64,000 bases of DNA, taken from IMG/VR virus record IMGVR_UViG_3300020477_000001, positions 32,001-96,000 of that record; one strand, given 5' to 3'. Shown in pieces: positions 1 to 10,200 of the stretch. Source of the DNA: a virus. A program made the translations under genes and the position numbers. The notes beneath the pieces are model-generated. The model was not told the origin of the DNA. It ran no database searches and was given only the letters and a program-made list of their open reading frames with translations. How positions within the stretch are numbered: the stretch's first letter is position 1; the number at the start of each line of letters is the position of its first letter.

Positions 1-2
1 TA

Positions 3-392
3 GGGGATACTTTTGATGATTATGATATTTATTTAAATGGGCACAAAATGCTTTCTGGTTCTCAGTATTCTTACGTAAAAGAATCCGCAAACTTATTTGA
101 TGATGAAAATATATACTTTTTAAAGGATGGATTTTATGGCATGGAAAGTGGAGATATAACATTTGTGCCGAGAGAGTCTAATCTTGCTAGGGAGACAGGG
201 TTAGGCTCTGTGTTCTCAGAAACAGGAAGTAGAATGGTTTTTTCAGAGCAAGTTTGGAAAAACGGGATTAGGCAGATAGAAACCTTAAATTACTACAAAG
301 TAAGCAAAAATAGCTTATTAAACACTGGAATAAGGATAGAGAAACAAGATAATTTGTTGTATAATAACAATAATTTGTTTTTCAATCAGTAG
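3..392 (+). CDS. 5'-truncated putative virion protein (frame open from window start)
   Basis: Frame of ORF 48..392 is open upstream to position 3 (GDTFDDYDIYLNGHK); several S/T-G dipeptides like its neighbours. Confidence 0.6.
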   Translation, partial: GDTFDDYDIYLNGHKMLSGSQYSYVKESANLFDDENIYFLKDGFYGMESGDITFVPRESNLARETGLGSVFSETGSRMVFSEQVWKNGIRQIETLNYYKVSKNSLLNTGIRIEKQDNLLYNNNNLFFNQ

Positions 393-406
393 GCAAAAGT
401 TAAAAA

Positions 407-3220
407 ATGGCATTTCAAAGAATTAATGAAATTGTTATTGGAGCGAACCCACCGGGTACGATCTTCAATGGGTTTATTTACTCGTTTGATGTAAAAATGG
501 GTAGTTCTTCTGCGCCGACTGAAATAAATGTCAGCGTGATTAATCAAGATGGAGTTTATACTGTCACGAAGCCTCAAGGCAGATCAAGCTTCGGTAGTTT
601 AAGCTGTACAAATCCCATTGACATTCAAATCGTGGACGCTGGTGGTAGTCCAGTGCGAATGTTTAATGATTTCTCTCTTGTTAATTTTAATATTTCGACA
701 TCAGTTGGTCAAAAAACTTTACAACTTAAGTTTGTAGATAGGTCTATAATTTTAGATAAAATACAAGTGGCTTTGCTAGGTGAAAATGTAAGTAAATTTA
801 GTTTAGCTCCTTGGCAGATAAGCGCCGCTGATTTAGTCACTTCTGAAATGCAAGGAGTTGACACGATGGGGCATTACGACGAAAACAGTCCCAATCCTTA
901 CCCTGTTCTATACGGTAAAGCCGCCGAGGATAAAAAATTAGAAGCAAAAATACTCTATAAATGCCCATCTTGCGATCTTACTAAAAAAGAACCAGAGCCA
1001 ATTGCGCCTATAACCAGAAAGTATATTTCTGAAAGAGGTTTTATTACTAACATAGACCCGCTACTTGGGGGTTTTTTAGCAATCGGAACAGAAGAGTATG
1101 CTTCTTCTGATTGTCAACTTAAAAATGTAAGCTACAACTGGAATGAATTGACTTACGCTTTAAAGAGGGCTGGAATAAACGTCGAAGGGATTATAGACAA
1201 GTCTTTGTTTAACCAGAAGATGAGGGGAGAAGATTTAATCCCATATAGACAAAAACATGTAGGTACTTTGAGGGAAGTTCTAAACTCTTGGTGTTCTGAC
1301 TTTGGTTATACTTGGGTTTGGGATCAGATTTTTACAAATCGCGTTGTAGGGATCGACTTAAGTCAGCCAGTAGTTCACCTGCAAGAGATTACAAATTTAG
1401 CTAACGCAATAGGGGAGGGTTCTAAGCTCGCTTTAGAATCAATTAACGAAAACTATTCGATAGAAAATACTCACGCTCAATATCATACTTCAACTTTTAG
1501 AAGGCCAGCTAGGACAAAACAAATAACAACAAAAGTTTACGAAAGAAGGTCTTTTTCTAATGTCAGAATAGAAGAGCTTATACCTTGTTCGCTTTATGGC
1601 CCAAGGAATATAGATGAATTTATTACTTCTTGCGTTTTAGCTAAGTTTAGTAAGGAGGCGCGTACTCTTTATAACTGGATGCTCTGTAGGCACTGTGAAA
1701 ACTTAGAAACTCTAGGAATATCTCTTAAATATAAATTAACTACAGATGAAAAAGAAAAACTAGTAAATCTATCTTACAGTAATAAAGAAGCCTTTGACAA
1801 AAGTGAAAAATATGGACCAAACGCAGACGTGTGGATAGGAACCTACAGTCAAGAGCTAGAAAATAAATGGGTGGATTATGAAAACTTAGTTGCTGAGTTT
1901 TTGGGTAGATGGTACAAAATTGAACAAGTACCAGAAGACAATTTTCAGTGCGGAAAGCCTCAGTTTTCTAAAACTTTCGAATTAACCACTTCCCCAAGCT
2001 CTGAGCAATATGATGACCCCGTTGATCCTAACACGGGCCAAGTATTGTCAGATGATTTTCCATTTAGTGATTTACTTACGCATCCTAGCGGAGCAAAAAT
2101 AAAAGCTAACTTTCCAATTAGATTGTTTTCTAGGAATCCGGTCTACGGAACCAAAGAAGAGGATATAGAGGATATCTTTAAGGACACTGATGGAGCAAGC
2201 GTCTTACAGGATCATATACCTCAAATCGAGTTTATCGAAGGAGCTACAAGAGCAAATCTTTACGATGTTTTGGCTAAAACTTTCCCAGATACTATTGGCG
2301 AATCTTTAGATAAAATGAAAGATAAAGAAAGACCTGCTTTAATCTTTGCTCCAGAAGTCGCAGTTTTAGAAAAACACATCAAGGTAGGCAAGCTTGAATA
2401 TGGTGCTATTAATTTAAAAGAAAGAATGGCTCAAGATAAGAAAGAGTCAGAAGATGACAAAGATTGTGACTTGATGTGTGATGAAGACCCAATAATTGAT
2501 TTATGCGATGATTTGTGTAAGGAAAAATATCCAGAGTACGCATTTGGTAAATACACAAAAGAGCCACCTCCGCAAAAAGATGTAAGGCTATCAAGTGTTA
2601 AGAGTTGGAGCTTCGATATAACCACTAATGAAAACGCATTAGATACTGGCACTAAAAAGATAATTCTCCCATCATTAAATGACCACTACGGGTATTTAAC
2701 TTATTCTAGCGAAATTAGACAAACTATAGCTAGCCTAAAGCAAACTTTTGGTTCCCTTGGGAACGCGGGGCAAACGATGGGTCTACAGTTAAACGCGGTA
2801 GACATTACTTCTGACATAGAGGGTTTAAGTGACACTACGTCGGAGGGGGAAATTTCTCCACCAATGATAATCGTTCCTAAGTTTGATGAAAATAATTCTG
2901 CCGCCCAAATAGCTGGACTATCCCAAGCTTTAATGGCAAATGATTATCATGAAAAAACAAAACTTGAAACTTTCAACGACCTAGCTGAAGAAACAGTAGA
3001 TTTAACTTTTTCTGGTGATATTAGAGAATTTATTAAAATATTTGGCCCGTATCTTTCAGCGCAGACTGGATTAACCACATTATCCGTTTCGGTGAAAGAC
3101 GATGGCCAAACCATAAGCGCTGCTTTTTCGACAAAACCAGCAAATTTGCCAAAGCATGACATCATGGTTCAAAAAATGTCTAGCAACATAAATGTCAATA
3201 CTTTTGGAAGAACATTCTAA
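407..3220 (+). CDS. Large putative tail/baseplate-associated virion protein (937 aa)
   Basis: Long ORF in a co-oriented block of giant ORFs; beta-rich N-terminus; no recognisable enzyme motif. Confidence 0.5.
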   Translation: MAFQRINEIVIGANPPGTIFNGFIYSFDVKMGSSSAPTEINVSVINQDGVYTVTKPQGRSSFGSLSCTNPIDIQIVDAGGSPVRMFNDFSLVNFNISTSVGQKTLQLKFVDRSIILDKIQVALLGENVSKFSLAPWQISAADLVTSEMQGVDTMGHYDENSPNPYPVLYGKAAEDKKLEAKILYKCPSCDLTKKEPEPIAPITRKYISERGFITNIDPLLGGFLAIGTEEYASSDCQLKNVSYNWNELTYALKRAGINVEGIIDKSLFNQKMRGEDLIPYRQKHVGTLREVLNSWCSDFGYTWVWDQIFTNRVVGIDLSQPVVHLQEITNLANAIGEGSKLALESINENYSIENTHAQYHTSTFRRPARTKQITTKVYERRSFSNVRIEELIPCSLYGPRNIDEFITSCVLAKFSKEARTLYNWMLCRHCENLETLGISLKYKLTTDEKEKLVNLSYSNKEAFDKSEKYGPNADVWIGTYSQELENKWVDYENLVAEFLGRWYKIEQVPEDNFQCGKPQFSKTFELTTSPSSEQYDDPVDPNTGQVLSDDFPFSDLLTHPSGAKIKANFPIRLFSRNPVYGTKEEDIEDIFKDTDGASVLQDHIPQIEFIEGATRANLYDVLAKTFPDTIGESLDKMKDKERPALIFAPEVAVLEKHIKVGKLEYGAINLKERMAQDKKESEDDKDCDLMCDEDPIIDLCDDLCKEKYPEYAFGKYTKEPPPQKDVRLSSVKSWSFDITTNENALDTGTKKIILPSLNDHYGYLTYSSEIRQTIASLKQTFGSLGNAGQTMGLQLNAVDITSDIEGLSDTTSEGEISPPMIIVPKFDENNSAAQIAGLSQALMANDYHEKTKLETFNDLAEETVDLTFSGDIREFIKIFGPYLSAQTGLTTLSVSVKDDGQTISAAFSTKPANLPKHDIMVQKMSSNINVNTFGRTF

Positions 3221-5001
3221 TGAATTACTATAGCGGAATAAATACTAGAAGCGTTGCAGAAACTGAGAAGTTGACTTTCAACTTCAATATGTTTTGTAAT
3301 TCTACTTCTGGTGTTGCTGCTATAGGTTTTTCTGGGGAAGATAAGAGCGCTGCTTTTAATCTGACGAGCGGAAAACTTTTTGATCCAGATGGGAATTATT
3401 CTTTTTCTTATTCTGATGATTTCAATTTTCAGTTGTCGGGGCAGGTCTCTGGGCAGAAATATGATTACTATATAAATGGCGAGCCTATATCGTTCGTAGG
3501 TACAAAAGACGACTTCAAGATACAAAGGTTTTTTGTAAACACTACGGGTTGTTCTGTTACAGCAGATTTAAATCTTTACGCTCCTTATTATAAACACAAG
3601 TTTACTTTCCCGACTAAGGTTAATTTAGGAGGTTCGATAACTGGTAAGCTGGAAGGGTTGGACTTAGATAGGAAATTTCAGTTATACTCTGGTCAAGTCA
3701 TAACACCCACGGGCGTTACTTTAAGCGGTTTTACGGAGGGGATGGTTAACTCTTCTGATATAACTTTTAATGTTCCGCAGGGAGCATTACAGTTCCAGAA
3801 TTATGATGTCACTTGTGATTTTTACACTAACTTCGGTGACTTGAAGCATAAATTCGAAGTTAAGATAGTTCCAGAGTACGAAGTGGGAAGTACAATATCG
3901 GTAGCTAATATCTATCGATCAGACAATTTACTGACTGGCGGAGTTAGTCCATTCAACCCCAAGTTAAGTAGTTACGCATATTGGGGCACTGGTGCTCTAA
4001 CGGGTCAAAAAACAACAGTAGAAGGAAAGTCTAGCACAGAAACCGGAATCTGGAATGTATTATATGATACTTTTAACGCTGAGAACTTGACTGTTGTTGA
4101 AAGACCAAGAGAAATAGACATAAAGCTTAATTACGTTACTGGAAACACTGGTACTTATTATATAATAACGGGCTTTAATGTAGTTAGCGGAGGTACTGGG
4201 TATGTTAATCCAGTTACTGTGACTATTGATCAAGCCTCTGGCGCACACACTAGTATAACTGGTAGGGCTTTTGCAGATGTGCGTTATCAAATAACTGGAA
4301 TTGATTTAATAACTAGTGGTAGCGGGTATAGCGGGGTTCCAGATGTCACTTTTTCTGGAAATTATGGAATTACTGGTTCTCATGCTGTAGCTTTAACTGG
4401 GGGGAGTGGGGTTGTTACGGGACTTAGCCTAGTGTCTGGCGGTTCTGGATATAATTATCCTCCAACAATACACTTCTCTAACTTGGGAACTGGATTAGGC
4501 GCTTTTACTGCTTCTGGGCGAGCATATGTTGGTAGTGGTTATTTGCATGATTGCGAAGTTATGGAAAGAGGCGCTTATTTAGATACTCAACCAACTGTAA
4601 GCATTAGCGGCGTGAGTGGAAGTGGTGCTTATGTGGTTCCGTTGCTGTCTGGCTACGAAAAAAGCCTTACTACATTCTTTGATCTACAAACGGGCTTACT
4701 AACAGGAAATGGAAAAATACTTTCTGAAAATATAGTCAGCTATACTAGCGGTTCTTTTACCAGCGGTAATACCAGTTTTAATAATAACGAAAAAACTTTC
4801 GTGCCTTTCGGTAAAAATCCAGTGATAAGAATAGTTAAAAATAATTTTGAAGATGTAGACTATATGGTTGGACAGGTAATTATATCTGGTGAATTAGAAT
4901 CTTATAATTATTATAATGTAACTGGTTATCGGATAGAAGCAAAGACCAGCGCAACTACTGCGGCTTTTAACATAACTGGTAACAGCGGAGGAGGCTACTA
5001 G
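3220..5001 (+). CDS. Gly/Ser/Thr-rich virion structural protein with SGGxGYxxxPxV repeats (593 aa)
   Basis: VVSGGTGYVNPVTV, ITSGSGYSGVPDV, LVSGGSGYNYPPTI repeats of the kind seen in myovirus tail/baseplate proteins. Confidence 0.6.
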   Translation: MNYYSGINTRSVAETEKLTFNFNMFCNSTSGVAAIGFSGEDKSAAFNLTSGKLFDPDGNYSFSYSDDFNFQLSGQVSGQKYDYYINGEPISFVGTKDDFKIQRFFVNTTGCSVTADLNLYAPYYKHKFTFPTKVNLGGSITGKLEGLDLDRKFQLYSGQVITPTGVTLSGFTEGMVNSSDITFNVPQGALQFQNYDVTCDFYTNFGDLKHKFEVKIVPEYEVGSTISVANIYRSDNLLTGGVSPFNPKLSSYAYWGTGALTGQKTTVEGKSSTETGIWNVLYDTFNAENLTVVERPREIDIKLNYVTGNTGTYYIITGFNVVSGGTGYVNPVTVTIDQASGAHTSITGRAFADVRYQITGIDLITSGSGYSGVPDVTFSGNYGITGSHAVALTGGSGVVTGLSLVSGGSGYNYPPTIHFSNLGTGLGAFTASGRAYVGSGYLHDCEVMERGAYLDTQPTVSISGVSGSGAYVVPLLSGYEKSLTTFFDLQTGLLTGNGKILSENIVSYTSGSFTSGNTSFNNNEKTFVPFGKNPVIRIVKNNFEDVDYMVGQVIISGELESYNYYNVTGYRIEAKTSATTAAFNITGNSGGGY

Positions 5002-5002
5002 T

Positions 5003-7273
5003 ATGCCATTTAATCAATCAAGTACTTTAGGAAGAGAAAACACGTCAAAGATGACGATCTGCAAAATTTTTGGAGATTATCTTTTGTGTGGTTTTGACGG
5101 ATTGTCTGAAGATACCGATAAAGACCCGCCTACCATTGAAGGTAGTTGCGGTTGCGATAAGAAGAAAGACCCTTATAATAAAAATTTTAAAGATTGGATA
5201 ACCCACCTCACCGGAAGAGAGCCAGACTCTAAAATTTTTAAATACAGAAAAAAACTAGAAGAACAGGTCTCTGCGGCAACCGGAAGTAGCACTACTCCTC
5301 AGTCTAGTAACGGCTCAAGCTCTTCTGCTTCTTCTGGTGGTTCTGAAAATCAAGAACCCAATGATAATTCTAGCTCCGGTAGCGACTCTACTGTAAGCGG
5401 AGGGTTAATTTATGATTCTGTTTTAAAAAGCATAGTGGTGGATGTCTATTCACAAAAAGCTGATTCGTTTGGGAAATGCGTTGACTACGAAAAAGTACAA
5501 TGTGGCTATAGGAAACTTTCTGGCTCGAAAGGGGGGGGATGTGGAGAAGAAGAAGAGTTTGGAGTATTTACTTGGGACTCTCAGAAGTGGCAATACTCAA
5601 GAGAAGGATCGCCGCTAGTTATTAAGGCTGTAGTTGCCGACGCTAGTCAGTGGGGCGTTGGCGACGGTTATAAATGCGTAGATTTTATTCCCGTAATAGA
5701 TAAAAACTGGAAACCGCAAGGAGCTTCAGTTGGCAACTATAGATTCGACCCAATAAGAACTACCTGTATACCAGAAATCACAGTAGGAAGGGAAGACCTT
5801 GGTCTTGTTGTCCAGCCTTGCGACATATTGCCAGAATTAAATTGCTATAAAATGACTGCGGATGACACTGGTTGGGGAGATAGAAGGACTGTTGCGGGAT
5901 CGTGGGAAGACCTTGCAAATAACATTAATGGCTTTGGTGATCCAGAATACCCAATACAAATTCAGTGGAAAAGGGCTCATAAGGGAAATAACAATAAAAC
6001 AGTTTCTGGCCCAATTACTAAAGACTACGGACCTCTGGGTCAGCCAAGACCACCTTGCGTCGATGAAGGAGAGACCGTAAAGAAAGAAGGCTGTGACGAT
6101 TGTTACTCTTTCGTGTCAATAGGAGACAATAAAACTGGTTACTCTGAGTCTAGCCCAGCGCCAGCGCTTACCGTAATGCATATAGACAAAGATGATGTTG
6201 GTAAGTCTGCTGATGTTTTACATTTCGTATCTCCAATACCTTGCTCGCAAGACGCTTGCCTAACTGGTTACGTTAATATCGAATTTAATGTAGAATTAAA
6301 AGGAGAATTTGGAGCAGTATCGGCCAAAAATTTTAAAGCTCAAATTTCTAATAATGAATGCGTTGGGGGTAGGAGGACTTTTGAAATTGATTTAGGAGAA
6401 AACTCTTTAAAAGAAAACGAATCTATACCAGATGATTTTACAATTAAAATATGCAAGCAAAAGAAACAAAAAACAACGCCTTGCCCAAGCGACTGTCAAG
6501 ATTTTGGAGTCGATATTGCAATAGACGCATCTGTTCAAACTAATTCTGCTGGGAGAAAATTTCTATTAATAGAAGCACCGGGAGGAGTTTTAAACGGCGG
6601 TGAAGATTGTTGGGCGGAGGGAAAAACATTTAACTTGACCGTGGAGAAATCGGGGACTTTTGGGGAAAAACAAACCACATCTTTAACAATTGAAGAGCAA
6701 ACAATTAAAGGTGATTGTTCGACGGCTTGTACTGTTACTATTAAAACCTCCGTTCTTCCAGAGACTCCCGCTTGGGACCATGAGGTTGACTGGTTTAGCA
6801 CAATTGAATTTTGTCCAACTGAAATTACAGAACCTCCTACTGAAGGTGGGGGAGAATTTTGCGACGGAGAAAAGAAGAAGCTTTTTTATGTAGGTAAACC
6901 GCATGATTTCCAAGTTACTCCTTGGAACGGCAAACCTTCTAGGAATAACGAAGTTTCGAAGTACGTATACGAGGGCAGTGAAGGTGACGGGTCAAATAAG
7001 AGAACTGCTACATACGCTGATGAAACATACAGATGCACAAGAGGTGACCATAAAGAAGAAATGGTTCCGCCGTACAAAGTTGGAGACATAATACAGGTAA
7101 GGAAATTAGTCGGAAATTCCGATGATGAAGAGTCCTCTCATATGCCCCAATCGGGCGAAGAAGATGGAGATGGCGAGCCAAAAGTCATGGCTAGATTTCT
7201 TGTAGATGATACCCAGAGGAAGTGGACTGATGACTGCGCTGCTGACGCTGGCCAAGGAAGCATCTGGGTCTAA
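5003..7273 (+). CDS. Cys-rich putative virion protein (756 aa)
   Basis: About 27 Cys by hand count, Ser-rich linker, located in the structural block. Confidence 0.45.
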   Translation: MPFNQSSTLGRENTSKMTICKIFGDYLLCGFDGLSEDTDKDPPTIEGSCGCDKKKDPYNKNFKDWITHLTGREPDSKIFKYRKKLEEQVSAATGSSTTPQSSNGSSSSASSGGSENQEPNDNSSSGSDSTVSGGLIYDSVLKSIVVDVYSQKADSFGKCVDYEKVQCGYRKLSGSKGGGCGEEEEFGVFTWDSQKWQYSREGSPLVIKAVVADASQWGVGDGYKCVDFIPVIDKNWKPQGASVGNYRFDPIRTTCIPEITVGREDLGLVVQPCDILPELNCYKMTADDTGWGDRRTVAGSWEDLANNINGFGDPEYPIQIQWKRAHKGNNNKTVSGPITKDYGPLGQPRPPCVDEGETVKKEGCDDCYSFVSIGDNKTGYSESSPAPALTVMHIDKDDVGKSADVLHFVSPIPCSQDACLTGYVNIEFNVELKGEFGAVSAKNFKAQISNNECVGGRRTFEIDLGENSLKENESIPDDFTIKICKQKKQKTTPCPSDCQDFGVDIAIDASVQTNSAGRKFLLIEAPGGVLNGGEDCWAEGKTFNLTVEKSGTFGEKQTTSLTIEEQTIKGDCSTACTVTIKTSVLPETPAWDHEVDWFSTIEFCPTEITEPPTEGGGEFCDGEKKKLFYVGKPHDFQVTPWNGKPSRNNEVSKYVYEGSEGDGSNKRTATYADETYRCTRGDHKEEMVPPYKVGDIIQVRKLVGNSDDEESSHMPQSGEEDGDGEPKVMARFLVDDTQRKWTDDCAADAGQGSIWV

Positions 7274-7275
7274 AA

Positions 7276-10200
7276 ATGATATACCAAGACATCAAAAACG
7301 CTAAGTTTGTCCCATATGTAAAAACTGGGGACATAGCTAACGCAGAAACTTGGAATACTTTGTATTCTGAGATGGACATGCGTGTAAATTCCGCTACAAA
7401 CGGTAGGTCAATTTTATTTTTAAATACTCCTATTCAGTATATGGTGGAAGGCTCTAGTGCAGTCATGGCTCCTTATTGGATGAACGCTAATGATCCTACG
7501 TTAAGTCAAAAAATATCAGATAACATGGATGATGTCGCTGGTTTAATAGGCGACAGGCAATTTTATTTTATTAGCGGCGCTGTTACTGGTGATGATGGCA
7601 ATTATCCTCACTCTGAGCCTAAGTGTAAAAGGTGTTCGGATGGGATGTGGGAAACTCTTGGGTTCGAAAATGAGGCGAGTTGCCAGTTGGGTTATTGCAA
7701 CTACTCTTTAACTGATAAGGCTGGGTGGTATTGGAAACTGTGGGGTGGATTGTTTCTAGGCGACGAAACAAATGTACATCATAATTACAAGCATGAATAC
7801 TTTGAGGATATACAAAATAGCTCTTTTTTGATTGATGTTAATCACGAAAAAAATACTGCGTTAATAATAGAAGCTAACGGAAAGTATAGTAGAAATCGAG
7901 GCAGAGAGACTCCTATGTGGGAGGGAGTCATAAACAGAGACACGGCTTTTGATCAACGAGGAGAGGGTTTTACGAGGTTTAATGCGGGGTTACTCGAATA
8001 TAATGCGGCAGCAGATTGCCCTCAACATCCTTTTTTGTATTGTCAAAACTTAGACAATTCCTTGGGGGTGCATAAATTAACTAACGATCATCCCGATGAG
8101 TATATATCAATCAATTGTGTTGCTACAGGGATAGGCAGTGGTCTTTCTGGTATAAGTCCAGCTACTGGTAATTTCGATTCCGGTAACAGCAATAACTCTA
8201 CTTTTTACGTTTCTGGTAGCGGAGTCTGCCCTACTTGTGATAACGGTAAATGGTTAACGGATACTAGTCCTCCTTTTGGGGCTTTTTATACTGAGAGTGA
8301 GTGTAGGGTTTATTATGGCTGTACTGGGCATTCTTTCCTTGAGCCATTAGAGAGAATCTTTCAAGAAGTTTGCCCAAGTGGGGTTAGCGGCGTTGAAGAT
8401 TTGAAATTAAACGAAAAACTTTTAATTTCTTATGGCACTTGGTCTTACACTAGTCAGTTAGGTTGGGAAAAAGACGAATTATACTATAAAGACTCAGAAC
8501 CGCCCGCTAAAATTAACACTAGCGATGAATACGATATAACGCACGGTACGTTACATATAGAGAATACTACTTCTCAAGCTGAGATATTCATAGATGGCTC
8601 AAAGAGTGAATACGAAAAGTTTAAATTTAAGAAAGAATGGAATAAGTATAAGTTCTTTAGGGTTCATAACTTAAATTATTATGATATTGAATTCGAATTT
8701 GAACCAGAAGAGTTAGGCGATGGGGGTGATTTGAGTAACGCCGAATCCCTTGGTGATGGACAGTTTACTTTGAATGATAAAATTTATGCAGTTTCTGAAT
8801 GTGGTGCTGGTGGTGGATTTAAATTTAATTTAAAAGCTGGAGAATCAAGGTGTGTTAGAAGGGACTTCGGGGTTTATACTTTAGGGTATAATCATTTCCA
8901 AAAATTTAAACAAGGGGACGCAAAATATAGCTTTTCGCTAGGTTTAATGGGTAGTACCACTCAAGCATACCCAACATACAGCGATCCTTATGTAAAAAGT
9001 GAAGAATCTAACTGGAGAGATTTTACAAATAATGTCAATAATCCCTTTTTGCTCAGAAAGTATCACCAAACTCTTTTAGATAATGGGTATATAACTCTAG
9101 ACAAAACTTGGCCTAGGAACTGGGATGCATATTACACTAATGTAGAAACAAAAAATGAAGCGCCAGCAGAGATATCCCCAATTCATACTGGGGTTTTACC
9201 TTGGAGTAGGTTGGCGCAACCTAGAGAATATAGCTTTAAGGACTTTAACCCTTATGATCCAGAAACCTTAATAGCTGATTTAATTTATACAACTGGACAT
9301 GTTCTTAGAAGCTATGTCGTAAGAAGTGGCGAAGTAGATCAAAATCCTTGGGCGGGCACTACCGCTGCTTGGGCTGATCCTCAGCTTTTTGAAATCGGTC
9401 CATCAACGGATCAAATTAAATATGTATTTGATTTAAGTCTAATACCTTACTCTGGGGCAAGGTATTTCGAGGAATTTTTGTATAACTTAGGCGTTAATTT
9501 GGCTCCAGCGCAGCCTTGGGATGACTCTGTCCTTGGTTACGAAAAGTTCAGAACCCCTAGAAGCGAATACGGAGGTATTCCAATGATGGCTTGGGGTTGG
9601 AGTGGCATGTGGGCTGGGCCTCATAGGATGCTTGCTGGGGAAGGGTTGTATTACGAAGGGTTTAGAATGGGATTATTCTGTGTAGCAGCAAGCCCCGGCG
9701 CTGACATTGGTTTAGATCATGTAATGGATGAAAGACAAAAGTCTAAAGGCGTTAATCCTGTAAAGAAAGAATACGAGTATATGAACGCCGTTAGGGGTGG
9801 GGGAGCAATTCTTCCAAACACCTACGGTTGGAAGCTTGGGTACGACGGTACATGGGAGAGGTTTATCAAAGACGTAAACTACGAAGGTAACTTAAAGCAT
9901 TCAACAAGAGTGGATGGAACAGAAGACTTTGTGGTTCTTCATGGAGAAAGAGATAAAAATCCAGATAATATAACTGCTATATCTGGCATAAGAAAAGAAC
10001 TTTTCGCAAATTGGTTTACGCCAACTGACCCAGCTTCGATAGAAGAAGGCGCGGGATTTAGCGGCAAGTGGCCAACTACAGGAGAGCCTACAGGCATTGC
10101 TGGCTCTTGGTATTCTTTTAATTCCTCATCAACGAATGATCCACCCGATCCTTTCGCTTATCAGATTCAAGTTCATCCAGTATCTACAAATATTTTAGGA

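Noticed and set aside
5280-5400. Ser-rich low-complexity stretch as a DNA repeat or diversity element
   Set aside because: Codons are varied; it is a protein-level linker only, and no reverse transcriptase is in the window
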